From assembly GCA_965235115.1 (NCBI GenBank), contig OZ249441.1, positions 26,350,001 through 26,414,000 on the forward strand: a DNA stretch of 64,000 nucleotides. The letters run 5' to 3'. The first letter of the stretch is position 1. Every line of letters begins with the position of its first letter. A program made the position numbers and the translations under genes. The DNA comes from Laetmonice hystrix (lineage: Eukaryota). Under the pieces are notes generated by a model, which ran no database searches, was not told where the DNA came from, and worked only from the letters and a program-made list of their open reading frames with translations. Of this stretch, positions 1-14,020 are shown piece after piece.

Positions 1-3000
1 CATGTGTATCTAATCCTCCGAACAAGTGAATGCCAATGGTTCCTCCGCGTGAAATTGGTTCCTTGCATCTGCTTTCATCAAGCACAGTTTACGTCTTTGC
101 TAATAAAGCGAACAATCAACATTCCTGATGCCTATCTAAGTCATGGGGGTAGGTGGCGATATAGGCCACAAATATACCGAGGAGTTGACTTATGTAATAT
201 GTAGATGCTAATTTTTCCAACGGTCAGCCGATACTTTATGATACCGTAAATACGTTGTTTACGAGATGACCTGGAACAAACTGAGGTCAGATATATTAAA
301 TCTTTGGTGCCGGAATGGGAAACATGTCTGGAATGCTGCATAACGGCTCCAGGTGTTAAAACACTGAAACAGTCGAACTATCTTTTTGAGGAATAATTGC
401 TAGACAGGAGTTCTATACGTTGGCACGTGGCAGGCAGCAGACGCCTGCATGGCCGGCCGCGTACTTGACTTCAACATTCGGGACGCTTGGGGCGGCGCGA
501 TGGCATACCGAATCAAGACACTAGATGGCACCACAGACTCTCAGTGCACACGGCAGAGCAGTAAGCAATATCGGGCTTGGGGGCTACAACCACGCCAGAA
601 ATCTGGGTGTTAGAGTTTGGAGAGCCGCTGTCTCGTGGGCCCAGGACTTTGTCAATTAGATAGCCCGCCCCCTCTCATACCCCTGAAAACATCATTGGAT
701 CCACCACCTGATGTATAGGCGATTTTGTGAGAGGGTCCATACACATTTGACTGTCAAGGGTTTTGCAGGTGCAGTGTCGTTTGTGGTTAGGAAAATTTCA
801 CAATTAAACTCTTTAAGGGAGGATTAAACTTGTGCGGGGGGAACACCTCCAGCGAGCCTAGCCGCTAACAGGCTTCAGCGTTTATAAACACCCATGAAGA
901 CGCATGTGAAGAAAACGGACCTTACTCCCCCCCCCCTACCGGGCATGTTGTTTTTATACTTACCGTAAAATTAATCCCTAAATCCCGGTGTTATGAAGAA
1001 ATTTAACAAATCCGCTACTTTTATTTTCTCAAAGGGAAAAATTAGCAGACTTAGACAAAGTCTGGCTCAGCCATTGGGATGTGATACTAATTCTCTGCCA
1101 CACCGCTAATGGCTGCCGTTTAGAGCCAGCACCAGGGGGCGCAACCAGTCCCAACACATGAATCCTTTGAAGTGGCCCTGGAACAATGAAATGCGGGGAC
1201 CCCAGGAGAGGGCGCCACAAGGGGTTCATGACCTGTGGAGCCGCCGGACCACAACAGGTCAATAATGTCGAGACAGTATAACAGACTGCAATCAGCCCCG
1301 TTTATATCACTACGGGCGGGCGTTTCGGCCAGGTGCCTCCCACTTATTTTGAGAATATTTATCCTCATCCATTTCTTACTTAATGTAGGCCTACCTTAAC
1401 ATCATCCAGTATATAACATGGTGGTTAGTTGCTGTACAAATACCCCCAGGGGTAACAGTTTTGTCACATTAGTCCATATCATTGCACTTTTTGAAGTGTG
1501 TCAACATTATTACTTTGAACGTATTTTCTATATTTTGTACAACACAACTTTCTACTCTCTTTTCTATAATTTAGTATGGACTAAAATACTTTGAGAGAAA
1601 AGGTTACAACCTCGTTTACTATCAAAATGGAAGCGTTAACGACTGCCACCTGCTGCAACTGGTTCAATGCCAGAGGGTTTCCTCTTATGTAACAGGCATT
1701 CTGATTGGTCGCTCTTGTTGTTCCGTGGCCAGGATAAGCTGACAGCTGGAACAATCCACTGGCGGTTGTTTTAAATGTCCTGGAGCGACATTAACTGGTG
1801 TGATTATCTTTTGAAAAAAACTCACCATCTTTCTATAAAAACTCTTACTGTGGTTTAAGCTTAAGGGCGGAAGTTGAGCGTGGAACGACACACAGCGGTA
1901 AAAGAGTACGGGAGTTCGAGAATCTATGGTTAGGAGCCTGAGGTTGACTTTTGACAGGTCATTATGTGAACAATCAAATGTACGACAGAGTACCTGATCA
2001 CAGTGAGTCGGGGCATTTTCCCTGTATACTGTATACTGTACTCCATTTGATTTCTGCATGGTGGCACGAATTTAATAATTTAGTGAAAACGATTGAATTG
2101 AAACTTGTATATACACTACCTGAAAAAAAAGGATTTAGCGAAAAACATCCATTAAACACAACAATACGTCGTTACATGAAAAAAAACGTCCCTGGCTATC
2201 AGTGTGACAATAATTCGTACTCACTAAAGTCGGTTCTGGCTGAAGTATTCTAATGGAAGTAAGTATACTTGGATCGGGTGATTCATTAACTGCGCCGACA
2301 TGTGGTCAGCGAATGTGACAGGATAATGTCACAGTATCCACTGGTACTTATATATCATTATCGGAGAACTTATCACAGGGACGTTCCTGGGCCCAGGGCC
2401 GACAACTGTGCCATTGACACAGTGTCCACACTCCTCCCATCCGCCTGACTTACACAATAATAGCCTGAACTTTCCGTTGACACTTCGGAGTGGCTCTTGT
2501 GTTAACACTGATTACTTCCTTCTCCCCACAACAGTTGTTGCAAGACTTCCCTCTTGTGAATTCCTGTCATTCAATGTGACATCCCGATAATTGAAAAGAT
2601 GACATTCTGGCATTTTGGCCGTGTTAAAATGGGTAAAACCATTGGTAAAACTAGCCACAAAAGATAAATTGTATGGGCATTCAACGATAAAACTACTTTC
2701 ATTTTTGGTGGAATGAAATTGCAAATTGACACTTTTTAAACTACTGACAGTTCTGACAGTTTCGTATCAACACTAGCCTAAAGTGACATACTACAATACT
2801 TTATCTACATTGGTGTAGACTTCATTATTAGTGGAACATACAAAAAGATCCATCACCTTTTTATTCCGGGTATGAGTGATCCTAAGTGGCAGGGAAAATA
2901 TGATTGCAATGTCTATAACGGTTTATCGAAAAAAGTACATAAAATATAACAGCGTTGTTGCCGTGGGAATAAGAGAGACTTTCTGATGGCCCGAAGGTAA

Positions 3001-4101
3001 ATAGTCTGGAACAGCATGGCTTCAATTTATTGTCAGAACAAGTAAGACAGTAAGATATACAGGGATGTGGGGTCAAATTGTTACATGGCATATTTTGTAT
3101 ATATAGACATTTATTTTAGGGCAACTTATTTCAAATGACTGACCATGTCCAGCCAAGTCAACATGTCCCATCATGGCAGACCCCACCGACCTGACCACTG
3201 CCTATAATCTGGTTGATGTATCCAACGAGGATGTATCCAAGCTCTCCAAGCATGGCAACACGACAGATAACCGACAACGGTTTTAGCCTGATACCACCGA
3301 CACTGGAGACATCATCAGTTAAGACGTTTCCAATCAAAGTAACCCGACACGTGCCGCCTGACAGCCCCCCACCCCCCTCTACAGGGGGGTTCTCCCAACC
3401 CCTCACAGCAGGCTTCAACCGACATTCGCCTACCCTGGCTTGAGGCAGGCAGCCACACTACCAATACTCAACTCTACCCCGGCTAGCTCACGAGGGGCAA
3501 TCACTTGTACCACCCTGATTCTCTCTCATGTCACTTGTGATAAATCTTTCCACAAAATTCGCAACTCTCAAGTTATACACGTAACGGTCCATGGTTGATG
3601 TGGTTAAGTGTGAATGGGAAACAAAAACTCCCATTTAATTACCATCCGAACAGATGTGTCATTGACATCAACACAATCTGAGTGACGGTTCATACTTTCA
3701 ACGAACCAGACTGACTCAGAAACCGGCCAGAACACAATATAATGTTTCCTGTGGTTAATTATCATCGTTTGAATTGGTTTTCCAACACGGTCAACGCGCT
3801 AGACATGGAATTTCACATTTTTCAGCCTCCGGCTTTGGTCAGTTTTGCTCGAGGCTAATTACATTCATTACAAGCATTTCAGGAAATTGAGGTAATACAG
3901 TTTTATGATGACCAAACGGTCCACCGTTGGCTTTCAGGTGTACCTCCACAATGGCCCCCCGTGGCCCCTGGAGTTTACAAGTGAAAAGGTAGATTCCAAC
4001 AATACCCCATAGGCTGGGGGACGACTGACAGCTACGCGTGGCATCCGTCAACATCACGGCTCTGTGTATCCAAGTCCCATCAAGAAACATCGCAAACCTA
4101 C

Positions 4102-4536
4102 CTTGACTCTCCGTCTCAAAATCATCATCAGAAACTTCACTCTCCGAAGAAAATCCATCGTAATCCTCGCCAGCCATGTGTGTGGGGATGGCGTATTTTG
4201 TTTTTGGCACATCCTGCCACATTTTGTTAGTTTGTTCCTACGTTTGGTACTCCAAGTGTGTACAATCCACTGACCTCACAGCTCCGAGAGTGGTCGCTGT
4301 ACTCCACAGTGTTCTCCGGAATCGGCCACGCTTCCACAGTTCAAAATCGGTTCGCCTCACAGCAGCAGCCAATCAGAAGCGAGCTTCACGCTCGGCCGGC
4401 TCACATGACACTGAGGGCACTGGTTGCCGTGTGGTTGAGGGGTGCGAAGCTCAAGCTGTACGCGGTTTGGCTTTGTTAGCAATCAATTAAAACTTGTGGC
4501 TCCAGCAACTGAAGTGATGGTCCTGCATTCGGCCAT
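4102..4536 (-). pseudogene. Degenerate THAP zinc-finger domain remnant, probably from a decayed THAP-bearing DNA transposon or THAP pseudogene
   Basis: Manual minus-strand translation across frameshifts gives, in THAP order: M...SVAGATS, then RF*LAAAVRRTDF (TGA where THAP has W; cf. THAP1 WEAAVRRKNF), then PENTVEYSDHSRSC (cf. CSEHF..C; Y for C and S for F each need one substitution), then YAIPT (AVPT motif). An acidic tract (DYDGFSSESEVSDDDFETES) follows and ends at an AAG|GTAGGT donor at 4102. No transposase catalytic domain or TIRs were recognised. Confidence 0.5.
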
Positions 4537-7500
4537 AAGATCTCCAAGTGTTGAAACCACAACGGCTTTAGCGCTATAGCAACACAGGGCTTGGCTAAGA
4601 GTTCAAGCCTGAATAAGTTATCTGGATACCATTCTCCAAGTCGTCAACACTAACTTCTTTTTGATACCTCAATGTTTCCTGCTGACCTTCTGGAGCGGCC
4701 GAAAATAGCCATGCTGCTGTCCCTGGACACTGGTCAACTGGTCATGGGGTGATGGATGGCCAGTGCAACAACCTGAGACTGGAATTACTGTACCTGACTG
4801 ATCTCTTGATCCTTCAGAAAGAAAATATGAAAAGGAAAAAAGGTTCATCATGTGTAGGAACCGGCAGAATATAACTTCAAACATCAACAAGTTATAGCCT
4901 TTGTCTCTTTCATATTGCACTTGAATAACTGACATTTGCAAGCACCCGCTTTCGTAGCTGCAGTAAGAATGCCGGTGGTACAATGGATTGTCTTTGTTTC
5001 TGAAAACGATATTTTTTCCAGCTAGAGTTGTCTCTGGTCCTGTTTTGAGCAGCTGTCACCAGCCGGTGCACTGGTGCATTGACAAATGCCTTTCGCCATC
5101 GACCTAATGGTGTCTGGTGTACAGTGTGCATCAGCGCGCCTCTGGCCGTTCTCAATGTTGTCATCCCCGCAGATCTTGACAAGTATACGGTTATCTAGAC
5201 TTGAGGCAGTTGAGGGATCACTCCATGCAGTTGTGGGTGGTGAGGTAGTGAATTAGTCGAGGATCACTGTCGGTCCGGAGGGCTGTCGTAGTGTTGGTGA
5301 ATGAGATAAGCTGGGAGATGTCCGAGAAAACATGGTGTGCAGAGCGGCTGTTCTATTATGTGGTTCTATTATGTTCTATTCGAGTGGTTGCACCTTTATC
5401 TCACCGTCACACATTGTGTCCGCTCCTAGTTCTCTGTTCATGGTCGGTGTTCAGACTCTGGGCCCGAATGCCCGGTACTGCGGCCACTGGTTGACCAGTG
5501 GATTCGTTCCTGACACTCTGGTCAGACAGACAGGCAGTGGCCAAGCCTGGCCGGGTGGCTGTCACAGTGATGAAGGTTTGCCACTGCCCCTGCCTCTTGA
5601 TCCCCGTCAGGACATTTACAATTTATGGCCGCTCCAACCGGACCCTTTGACCGCTAGTCAGTCCGTGGTCAAATGTCCAGCCAATGATGATAGGTCAGGC
5701 TCTGTCCGGCGCACGAGGACAAATACCCTACAGGTATTCTTCATTCACACACCGAGTTATGTCGATCAAATCCAGATAATTGCGAGGTTCTGGTTGACCT
5801 CGGCCACATTACGCAACTATTAGTATTATGCACTGGGACAGCTCTTAAAACATTACAAAACATCCCAGTACTATAATATATCCAGAGACGATTCTGCGTA
5901 CCACCCCAGAAACGTGCCAAATGTTGTCCAGTGAATAAAAACGGGTTTTACTCCTGGTACACGTCCAACATTTCTGTTATTGCTACCGACTCCATCAGAC
6001 CCTCTTGAGTAGTTTCGCCATTTCTTTACAAGAAAACTTTCCTGTGGGACAGGCCTGGAGATGACCACCACATTGATGGCTATCTGGTTAATGGTTACCT
6101 TGGTGACCATTGAGACGCCTATATAGCCACGGGTTATGCCGCCAGCTAGTACCGATCGGTCTGGTCACTTTCCAACGGCTTTCACCTATCAGGTGAAAAA
6201 ATCAAGCGATAAAAACGAAAGGGTGTCTCAAACCGAGTCGGTGTCCGTCTCAATCACAATGCAGCATTCGTTAACGTGACAGGCCCATCATTGTGAGGAT
6301 GTCTTTAAAGCTGTTTACACATCACTTACTAATGACTCAAATCGGGTTGCAATAATATTAGGAGTTTTTTCTTATATGTATTCTGGGTCAAGGTGTGGTG
6401 GTCGTGTGCCACGACATCTGTCGGTCATCTGCCGACTCCCGGCCCCACCTGAGTCGGAGCGGAGTCTCACCTGCGCACGCTACCCGGCTCATTAGTGGAT
6501 AGACGGCAACCTGCTCCCCACTAAACCTCAGTCGGCCCACTTCCGAGAGGTGTCGCCCTACCTGTGGTCTGTGAGGGGTGGCGGGTGCTGAGAACCAACG
6601 CCCTCGTCTGTGCCCCCTGTGGTGACAATTGCCAAGGGGGCTGGATGGATTGGCGACTGCTAACTGGGTCTGTTCGTAGAATAATGCCCTGCTCAGCATC
6701 AAAGGATCTGGCTTCAGACACTGCTATACAAAAACCCGATCTATCCACTGGCAATCGTAATGACACTATCAATACCAACACAACACACTCAGGTCGGCTG
6801 AGGCGTGAGATGAAAGAGATGGCATCCAAATACACATGAACAAATTAGTGATCCATTTCAACAATTGGTTCGACTTCCAGTTCCCAAACTAGATTGTTTG
6901 CAGGCTTATAATTTGTTAGCGCTCCATTGACACATCTGGATACCGATTTGTAAGACGTGAGTGGATTGAAAGAGTCTAAGTTTAGACCACTGTGTAGAAG
7001 CATCTCAAGGGTCAGGCGTAAAAACAATGTAAAACTTATTCACCAATATGACTTCTTACATGCACCTAGATATGACTAGACATCATTTAAACATGTAAAG
7101 CTAAGAGTCAAGACGGACAGAAAGTCCTGGCTTCCTTACCGGCCCGCTGGGTCGTGGCTGACTTGAAATTATCTGACGTCCTGCCAGCAATCACACGTGA
7201 TTATAAATTTCTTGAAATGTAATAATTTCCAAGCCTGCACTGCTGGCAACCTGAAGGTGTTCTTCTGTGAATCACTCTGTCTACGACTCTACAATCACTT
7301 CATGTTCCTTCCACGCACAAAGTGAAAACTATGGGAAAATGACGGACTGGCGTGAAATGTACAACACATGTTGCATGTCTTGCCGACAGACATGCCATGC
7401 CTTGTCATCTTCCTCATAACAACACGTTGCTGAAAAGCAATTTTGTAGAGTTGTGTCCTCTCAAGAACTCGCGTGATCCTCACCTACCTGCTCCGGGGCA

Positions 7501-9300
7501 CTGCCCTTTTGGGGTGAACCTTCAACCCTGGTCGCCTTTGAAGAGTAGGATATGTTAAAACTTGTACCCCTTGAGGGTGAGCGCCAAAATATTGACTTCA
7601 TACAAGGGTCTAACCGTACACCTATAGCCGAGACCCCCCTCCCCTCTCATTCAACACCCCAAACACACACCCACACCCGCACACCCCGGGTAGGTTCTGA
7701 CATATCTAACACACGACCATAGCTTGAGCAATGAACATTATGTATTTGCAAATATTTCTTGTTTGATTACCGTGGTATAGAGAGCATTCTCGTATAACCC
7801 TTTTATCTAGAAGTGACAGCAGCATTTTGTCCATGAGAAATTGGGGACCTATTGTTTAAATCAACAATTGGTGAATAAAAGATACATTCTACGTGTCATA
7901 GAGAGGTAAAATAACAAACCTGTAATGTCTACATACTTCAGATATGTTTTTTCCCCTTTTACAACGTGAACTCGTTATCTGGGAAGCTTATGTACTGGGG
8001 ACCCCAAAGTGGATGCATGTAGTTCACAACATGGCTGAGCTCTGTCAACAGAAAGTGTAGGTTCCCGCACGAATCCACACAAATGTTAAGGGTGCCTACT
8101 GCCATAGCTTGTGTCAGTGTCACACTTTGTAAATACTACAGCTGTGTGATCCTAATGTAAAAATCCCGTTTGTTTAACAGTGCCACGCTATACCAGCACT
8201 TGGCCCCGTAAACCCGTTTTAATCATGTAAACCTATATACATAAGGTCAATTTCCGGTGCTCAGGTATACAGATTGTTTCTCCCCCTCAAAATAAATCAT
8301 TAAGGAATTGTTGTATTTTATGTTACAATTATTTACTTCATTTAGATGCTCAATCTAAAACACCGGGTTCGTATATAAGATAACAACCCATTCATCTTCA
8401 CAACTTTGCGTTTACAAACATTAAAAAAAAACTTGTTTATATCACAAACATAAAAAGGGGGATACAACTCACACAAAGCGCATTGAGTTAAAATGTCAGT
8501 AAATTATTCTAATGTTGCAGTTAGGCTAATTAGAAGTCACCGTTTTCAGTACATAATATGTACATTGTACATACTTTTACTGTTATCGTGATAAAAAGAA
8601 CACACCAAGGACTTTCGATTCGGGATGTGTTGTATACAGCTTTCATGCTTACCCCGATAGCAGAATCTTGTTTTCCTATGAGTAAACTTCGTTTAAAATC
8701 TCAAGGAGATTTCATCTAAATGTTTGTATTAAAAGCGCTGATCCCTGGGAGAAATCGTTCCACAATTTACTGCATTTCAACAGATTCCCTTTGAAGGTAG
8801 TTACCAATTTTCAAGTCACTGCCGACACTGTGTTCCCGCTTTCACTTCTCGCTCTCCCGGGCGTGACGTCTTGGGTTTACTTCGCGAACAGCCGAGGTGA
8901 ACCCCCACCCCCTCCACCCCAACCCCCAGGCGATCCGTGCTCCAACACAAAGGTTTTTACCAGACCACTGGGGCAGTCCAGTCCCAACCCTTAATTACAC
9001 CCTGGAATGTCTAGCTTTATTGCTGTCCACGAGTCCCGAATCTCGCTCAGTGAAATCTGACCCCTGTTTTCAAATGTAACCCGATGTGGAAAAGATTTGT
9101 AGAAGATTGACAACTTTTGTTTTCTCCTTTCTTTTGATCCATTTCCGCGCTACCATTTCATTCAGTCTTACTACCCCTGTTCTCTATCAGTTATGGAGCA
9201 TGCACATGAGGTATAAAATTACACGATCCTGAAATTTGCTAAATTCTCCTAAATATTCACAATACTGTCACCGTAACTCAATGTCCTTTTTCTCTCTGCC

Positions 9301-9431
9301 NNNNNNNNNNNNNNNNNNNNNNNNNNNNNNNNNNNNNNNNNNNNNNNNNNNNNNNNNNNNNNNNNNNNNNNNNNNNNNNNNNNNNNNNNNNNNNNNNNNN
9401 NNNNNNNNNNNNNNNNNNNNNNNNNNNNNNN
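9301..9431. other. Assembly gap (131 N)
   Basis: Run of N. Confidence 1.
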
Positions 9432-12400
9432 CTAAAGAGCATAACAGTATATCTATATGTTTTAGGCCCACAAGGTTTCTCGAACAAGTAGACGGGAAAA
9501 TTGGATCTGCTAGATAATAAGACAAGTGGCCGGGGGTCAAAGGACCTCTGGTGCCTTAGACACATAATAACATACTGTAAATACCCCAGCCCTAGTTGTA
9601 GGCCCATCCTTACCTTTCTTTGCTCCCCTTCTATCAATCACTTGTTATTCTTTGACAGACTGTCAGGTTAAGTCAGGGAGATCCCTTGTTCCAGACTTTA
9701 TTTTTATATAGGGTAAGTCCAGGACAACTGAAACCCCTAGGACATAGGACAAGAGATGTATAGTTATGTCAATGGAGTTAGTAACAGCAGTTCACCTTAT
9801 ATCTACGGCCCAAGGTATCGAAAGTTGCTAGAGGGGGAAATCCTTTAAAAGACCCTCGCAGTAATCAGTTTACATGAGTTTATCAGTACCGGTATAAGAA
9901 AAGGACTGTTTGGCTTCGTGAGGGCAAAATTTATTTCTTAAGAAAAACAAAAAGATAAATCCCATTGCCCCATATGCTCACTGAGTGTTACACTTATAAA
10001 AGATCCCCATAAGATCCTAATGTTAATTCCCACTACATGTATAGTAATTCTACACATGGAAAATTCCGGCCTGTTATATACAATGTATATATAACACAGA
10101 AAGTATTTGAAACACCTAAGGCCATGACCTAAAACATTAACGATCCATACAAATACATCACCATAAAACCAAATGGTGACATCTACGCACTATTAGAAAT
10201 GTACAACTGGTACCCGACAACATTATAGCATTATTTCCGAGAGAAATGATCCTGTAACCATTCACTGTGGCAGCCGTAGGGAGGAGGGGGAGGGGGTAGG
10301 TGTAGTTGGTAGATGACAGTGGTGCCCTACGGTCCACGACTGGGCCATGTCAGGCCTCAGGTTGAGATGTGACACCCGTAACGGTCAGTATAAGGGGTCG
10401 TTCATCACTGGACCAACGGTTGACCACTGACATAGTGTCTGCCAACACTCAGACACACAGCGCGGACTAACCTCCAAGTGACCTTTCCCCACAACTCCCC
10501 CTACTGACGTACGTCACGTGACATGATGACGTTTTCACTCACTCTCTCAGAACCAGATCTACATGCTAGGGGAAAGAGATGTGAATTTTAATTATATCTA
10601 AAAAATATATTGTGCATAATGCAAAATGTCATGCTACTTCTACTGAAAGTGTTAAATAAATGGGGGTCCTTTTTCTCCATGAACCTATAAGGTGTAAAAC
10701 GCAAACGTCTTTAAACGCGTATCTGGATAGACAATGTCTGTCATGTAACGATCGCAAACGGTTAAACCAACAGAGCAGCAGGTTTTGTGACGGAACCATT
10801 AAAAGTTTTTACGAATTCCTGGATCTTGTAAGTATACTTTAAATGTCTCGGCAGGTGCAGGATCCTTATTGTCCGACTGTCCTGAAGGTGGAGCACACCT
10901 GCCTTCGTTCCCGCCTCAACCCTGACCCCTGAACCCATCCCCGTCATGCGTCACTAAGGGCCCACTGACATCAACTCCATAAACAGATCCAGAACTGCCC
11001 GACAAGTGCAAAACAAGTCCAAATATCCACACTAATATTTTCATTCATTGTAAGCGCTCAATCGTTCATATCAAATAGCAGTTGTTCTTGAAAACTACTG
11101 ACTTTAAAGGAGCCAACTAATGTAATGGTAGTCTCTTCAATTTCAACTCATGCCATTTCGAGTGTCTTGTTATACAAACAAGGCTTGCATATAGATCTAT
11201 ATGTATACCGTCCACCATCACCCACACCAGGTGCACAAACTGAGGGCATAACTGACATGCTCACATGATCCACAAATGGTAGACAGTCAAACATGTCATC
11301 ATTAATTACCTGTAAACTCATCATCCACCTGAAAAATGGCAGGAATCTGAGCAGGCCTGCATGGCTGGCGCCGTACTTTATGGCGGTGGCGCATGCAATC
11401 ATCAATCTGTCTTTGGAAAAGTCTAAACACTGATTGTCAGGGGCTTCCTCCGATTGTGGTCCCGGGGGTATCCCAGTTTAAGTTTTTTTTCCACTCCTTT
11501 ATTGATTTTCCAGGGCTGTGTGTGTGTGTGGAGGGGGGGGGGGGGTTGTGGCGGCTGCACCATCTTGCCTTCCTCTAACAGCGCTGAAACTATCTGGGTA
11601 CATACAGCTGCCTTTCCATCTGGCCATGGTAAATTCATAACAGATCTCATCCTACCGTTCCCGCCCCGTTTATCAATTCAAACAGGACCGATAAATTTGG
11701 AATGCCCCTCGCATGTATAAACAAATCTCCGTGCTTGCTAGAACTGTATCTTCTTATATACCGACCCCATTCAGTGAAACGAAGCCACAAATCTCAACGT
11801 GGGAAACAGGAGCCTGCTCTGTGTATCTGGTCGGCTGGAACCGAATGGAGGGGCTGGAAACTCTGTCTGCCATTGTAAAAGTATTTTTACTTTTCGCTGT
11901 CACACGACGTAAGACCACCTCTGAGTTGGCTACAGAGTTAATGCCCCTCCCCTAACATGACGTAACCTTTTATACCCTTATAAAACCCGGTTCACGCCAT
12001 TTCCCGCCAAAACCAACATGTCCTACTGACGTGAGATTTCTGATGCGATACTCCTTACACATGCACTTCCTATCATGTTTACTCCTATACCAGCAATATG
12101 CGACATCCCAAAGTACGTTTTATTTTTATGTTTCATATTTTTATTTCTTTTCCGATTTACGGCAAACAGGCATTCCAGACTCGCTAACAAAATTACGCAA
12201 CATTACACAGGTGAACAGCGCCTCCGAGGTTACTAGACGAATGTGTTTGAGCAAAGGTTGCAAACTAAGTTGAAACTGCCTTCATCTACTTCAACTGCTG
12301 ATTGCCTGGAGTGGTCCTGTTCCGTTTGAATGAGCAGGGGAAACTAAATGACAGTATGTTGGTCGGCAAGCCAGGCTAAGCCTGTAACATCACGTAACGT

Positions 12401-12494
12401 TGGACTAAAAATTGCCAAAATCAGGAAAGGGGCAATAATTCGGGTTTCAAAAGTAAAGGTGAGTGACCCTTAGCGTATTTGAAGAAAACAAAAT

Positions 12495-12540
12495 GAAGAA
12501 GAACAACAACAAGAACAACAACAAGAAGAACAACAAGAAA
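12495..12540. repeat. Compound (AAG/AAC)n microsatellite
   Basis: GAAGAAGAACAACAACAAGAACAACAACAAGAAGAACAACAAGAAA. Confidence 0.9.
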
Positions 12541-13942
12541 AGTGACTGCAACAGTCACTTATCCGACAGAATCTGCATGATTCATAAAAAAGTAGAATTA
12601 ATATTAAGCCTTCAGTTCCTGCTGTAGAAAAGAAGGAGAGAGAGAGAAAATCCAACCTAGGACTCTGAGTGGCTGTAGCTTAAAGTAGTTTAATTCTGCT
12701 GTACCTGTCTATCAGTGTCTAAGTTAACGCGGGCCGAACCTGCTGGTGCAACAAATTCATCTTGTAAAGTCCATCATGAAGAGAAACTCAATCCCAGCAT
12801 GCATTCCGTGGACCTCCCAATCCATCACCCGGACAGCTGTGAGTGTCTCGGCCACTCGGCCGTCACTGACTGCCACCTCTCCCCGACACTGTGGACAGCT
12901 TGGCGAATCATCGCGACACCTGGCGGTGGTTAAATCGTTTCTCATTAGATCGGACCAAACGAGTCGTCCACAAGGTACGCTGCCGACCTCACGACACGTT
13001 TTGAGAGAAATCTGTGGCCCGAATTGATGATTAGGACAATTTTGAGCGAGTTGTCTTTCTCCCATTTAGGGGGGTCGGTGGTGTAACTGATTATTACAGA
13101 TGAGAGTTGTACGTGTCACATATTGTTAGTGTCAGCAAGACTGGCTGAGGTCCGGTCAAGATCGCTGTTTGTCGCTCCCCTCTCCTCTCGAGACAACAAA
13201 TGGCTCTTAACTGACTCTACAAGACATATCAAGTGTTTCTTTACAACACAACACTTAGAATCTCAATCATTGCAGTAAATGAGAGTTTCTAACATAAATC
13301 TCAATTATCGACATTTTTTGCATTTAATGCATAAGTTTATATGTATTGACTAATTTAGGATAAACACTATGGTAACCCAGTAAAATTTAGTTAGTAGATA
13401 GTGAATGCAAAGGCACTTCCAGGCATTTGCTTCCTATGCACTCGTTGACATTAATTATATTAACCCTACCGATTGCCGACACTCATATCCTGTAATCAAG
13501 CCACCGGCGCCCCAAAGTGAATTTCGGTGTAGACCGAAATTCAATAGTTAAGCATTGTAGAGGGGGGCGTGGCCCAAAGTGACCCCGTTGGAAGTTATGC
13601 CATTTCTCAGTCAAGACAACAGTTTTCACCCAAATGGTTTATGTTTTGCATTTAACTATAGAATGTCTCACAAAAGATTCAAAAGCCGTTCGAAAGTACG
13701 ATTCTTCCAATCCTGCCTGCTATCACCGGTCTATAGCCTTACACTCGGATTAAATGACACTCAGTAAATATATAACCCAAGCTCTTATCACAGAAATCCA
13801 TGAGGAACCAACTGCAACTAATGTACATCACCATGAAGATGAATTCTCAAATACAAAGCTACAACAGGTGGCGATGATACAGAATGTTCTGACATTAGTA
13901 CATGAAAGCTTCCAGTACATGTGTCATCACTTTAATAGTTAA

Positions 13943-14020
13943 CCCTGCAAGCCAACAGAGTGCAGCACTGTTTCATGGCTCGTAATCCTTCTTCGTATCC
14001 TGTGACTACCGGTTCAAGGG
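13943..14020. mobile_element. piggyBac-like miniature element (TTAA|CCCT...AGGG|TTAA), 78 bp
   Basis: TTAACCCT at 13939-13946 and AGGGTTAA at 14017-14024. Similarity beyond CCCT is weak (CCCTGCAAGCC vs CCCTTGAACC). A second TTAACCCT lies at 13460. Confidence 0.35.

Noticed and set aside
4913-4934. miR-92-like start TATTGCACTTG
   Set aside because: Only 11 nt match, the 3' half is unrelated, and no hairpin was seen.
5030-5190. Minus-strand Cys pattern GICQCTSAPAGDSC (EGF-like) and a Gypsy-like WRKA.V segment
   Set aside because: Incomplete Cys spacing, no splice-consistent exon, and no integrase or RT motifs nearby.
5241-5262. let-7-like start TGAGGTAGT
   Set aside because: Only 9 nt match, the remainder diverges, and no precursor hairpin is evident.
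8690-8790. Minus-strand KLWNDF...FR..L resembling a CR1/L2 LINE ORF2 C-terminus
   Set aside because: A short motif only; no upstream RT sequence was recognised.
9460-9560. Possible decayed collagen exon (GPQG...GKIGSA...PGVKGP)
   Set aside because: The Gly-X-Y register breaks, and it needs frameshifts and two stops; consistent with chance.
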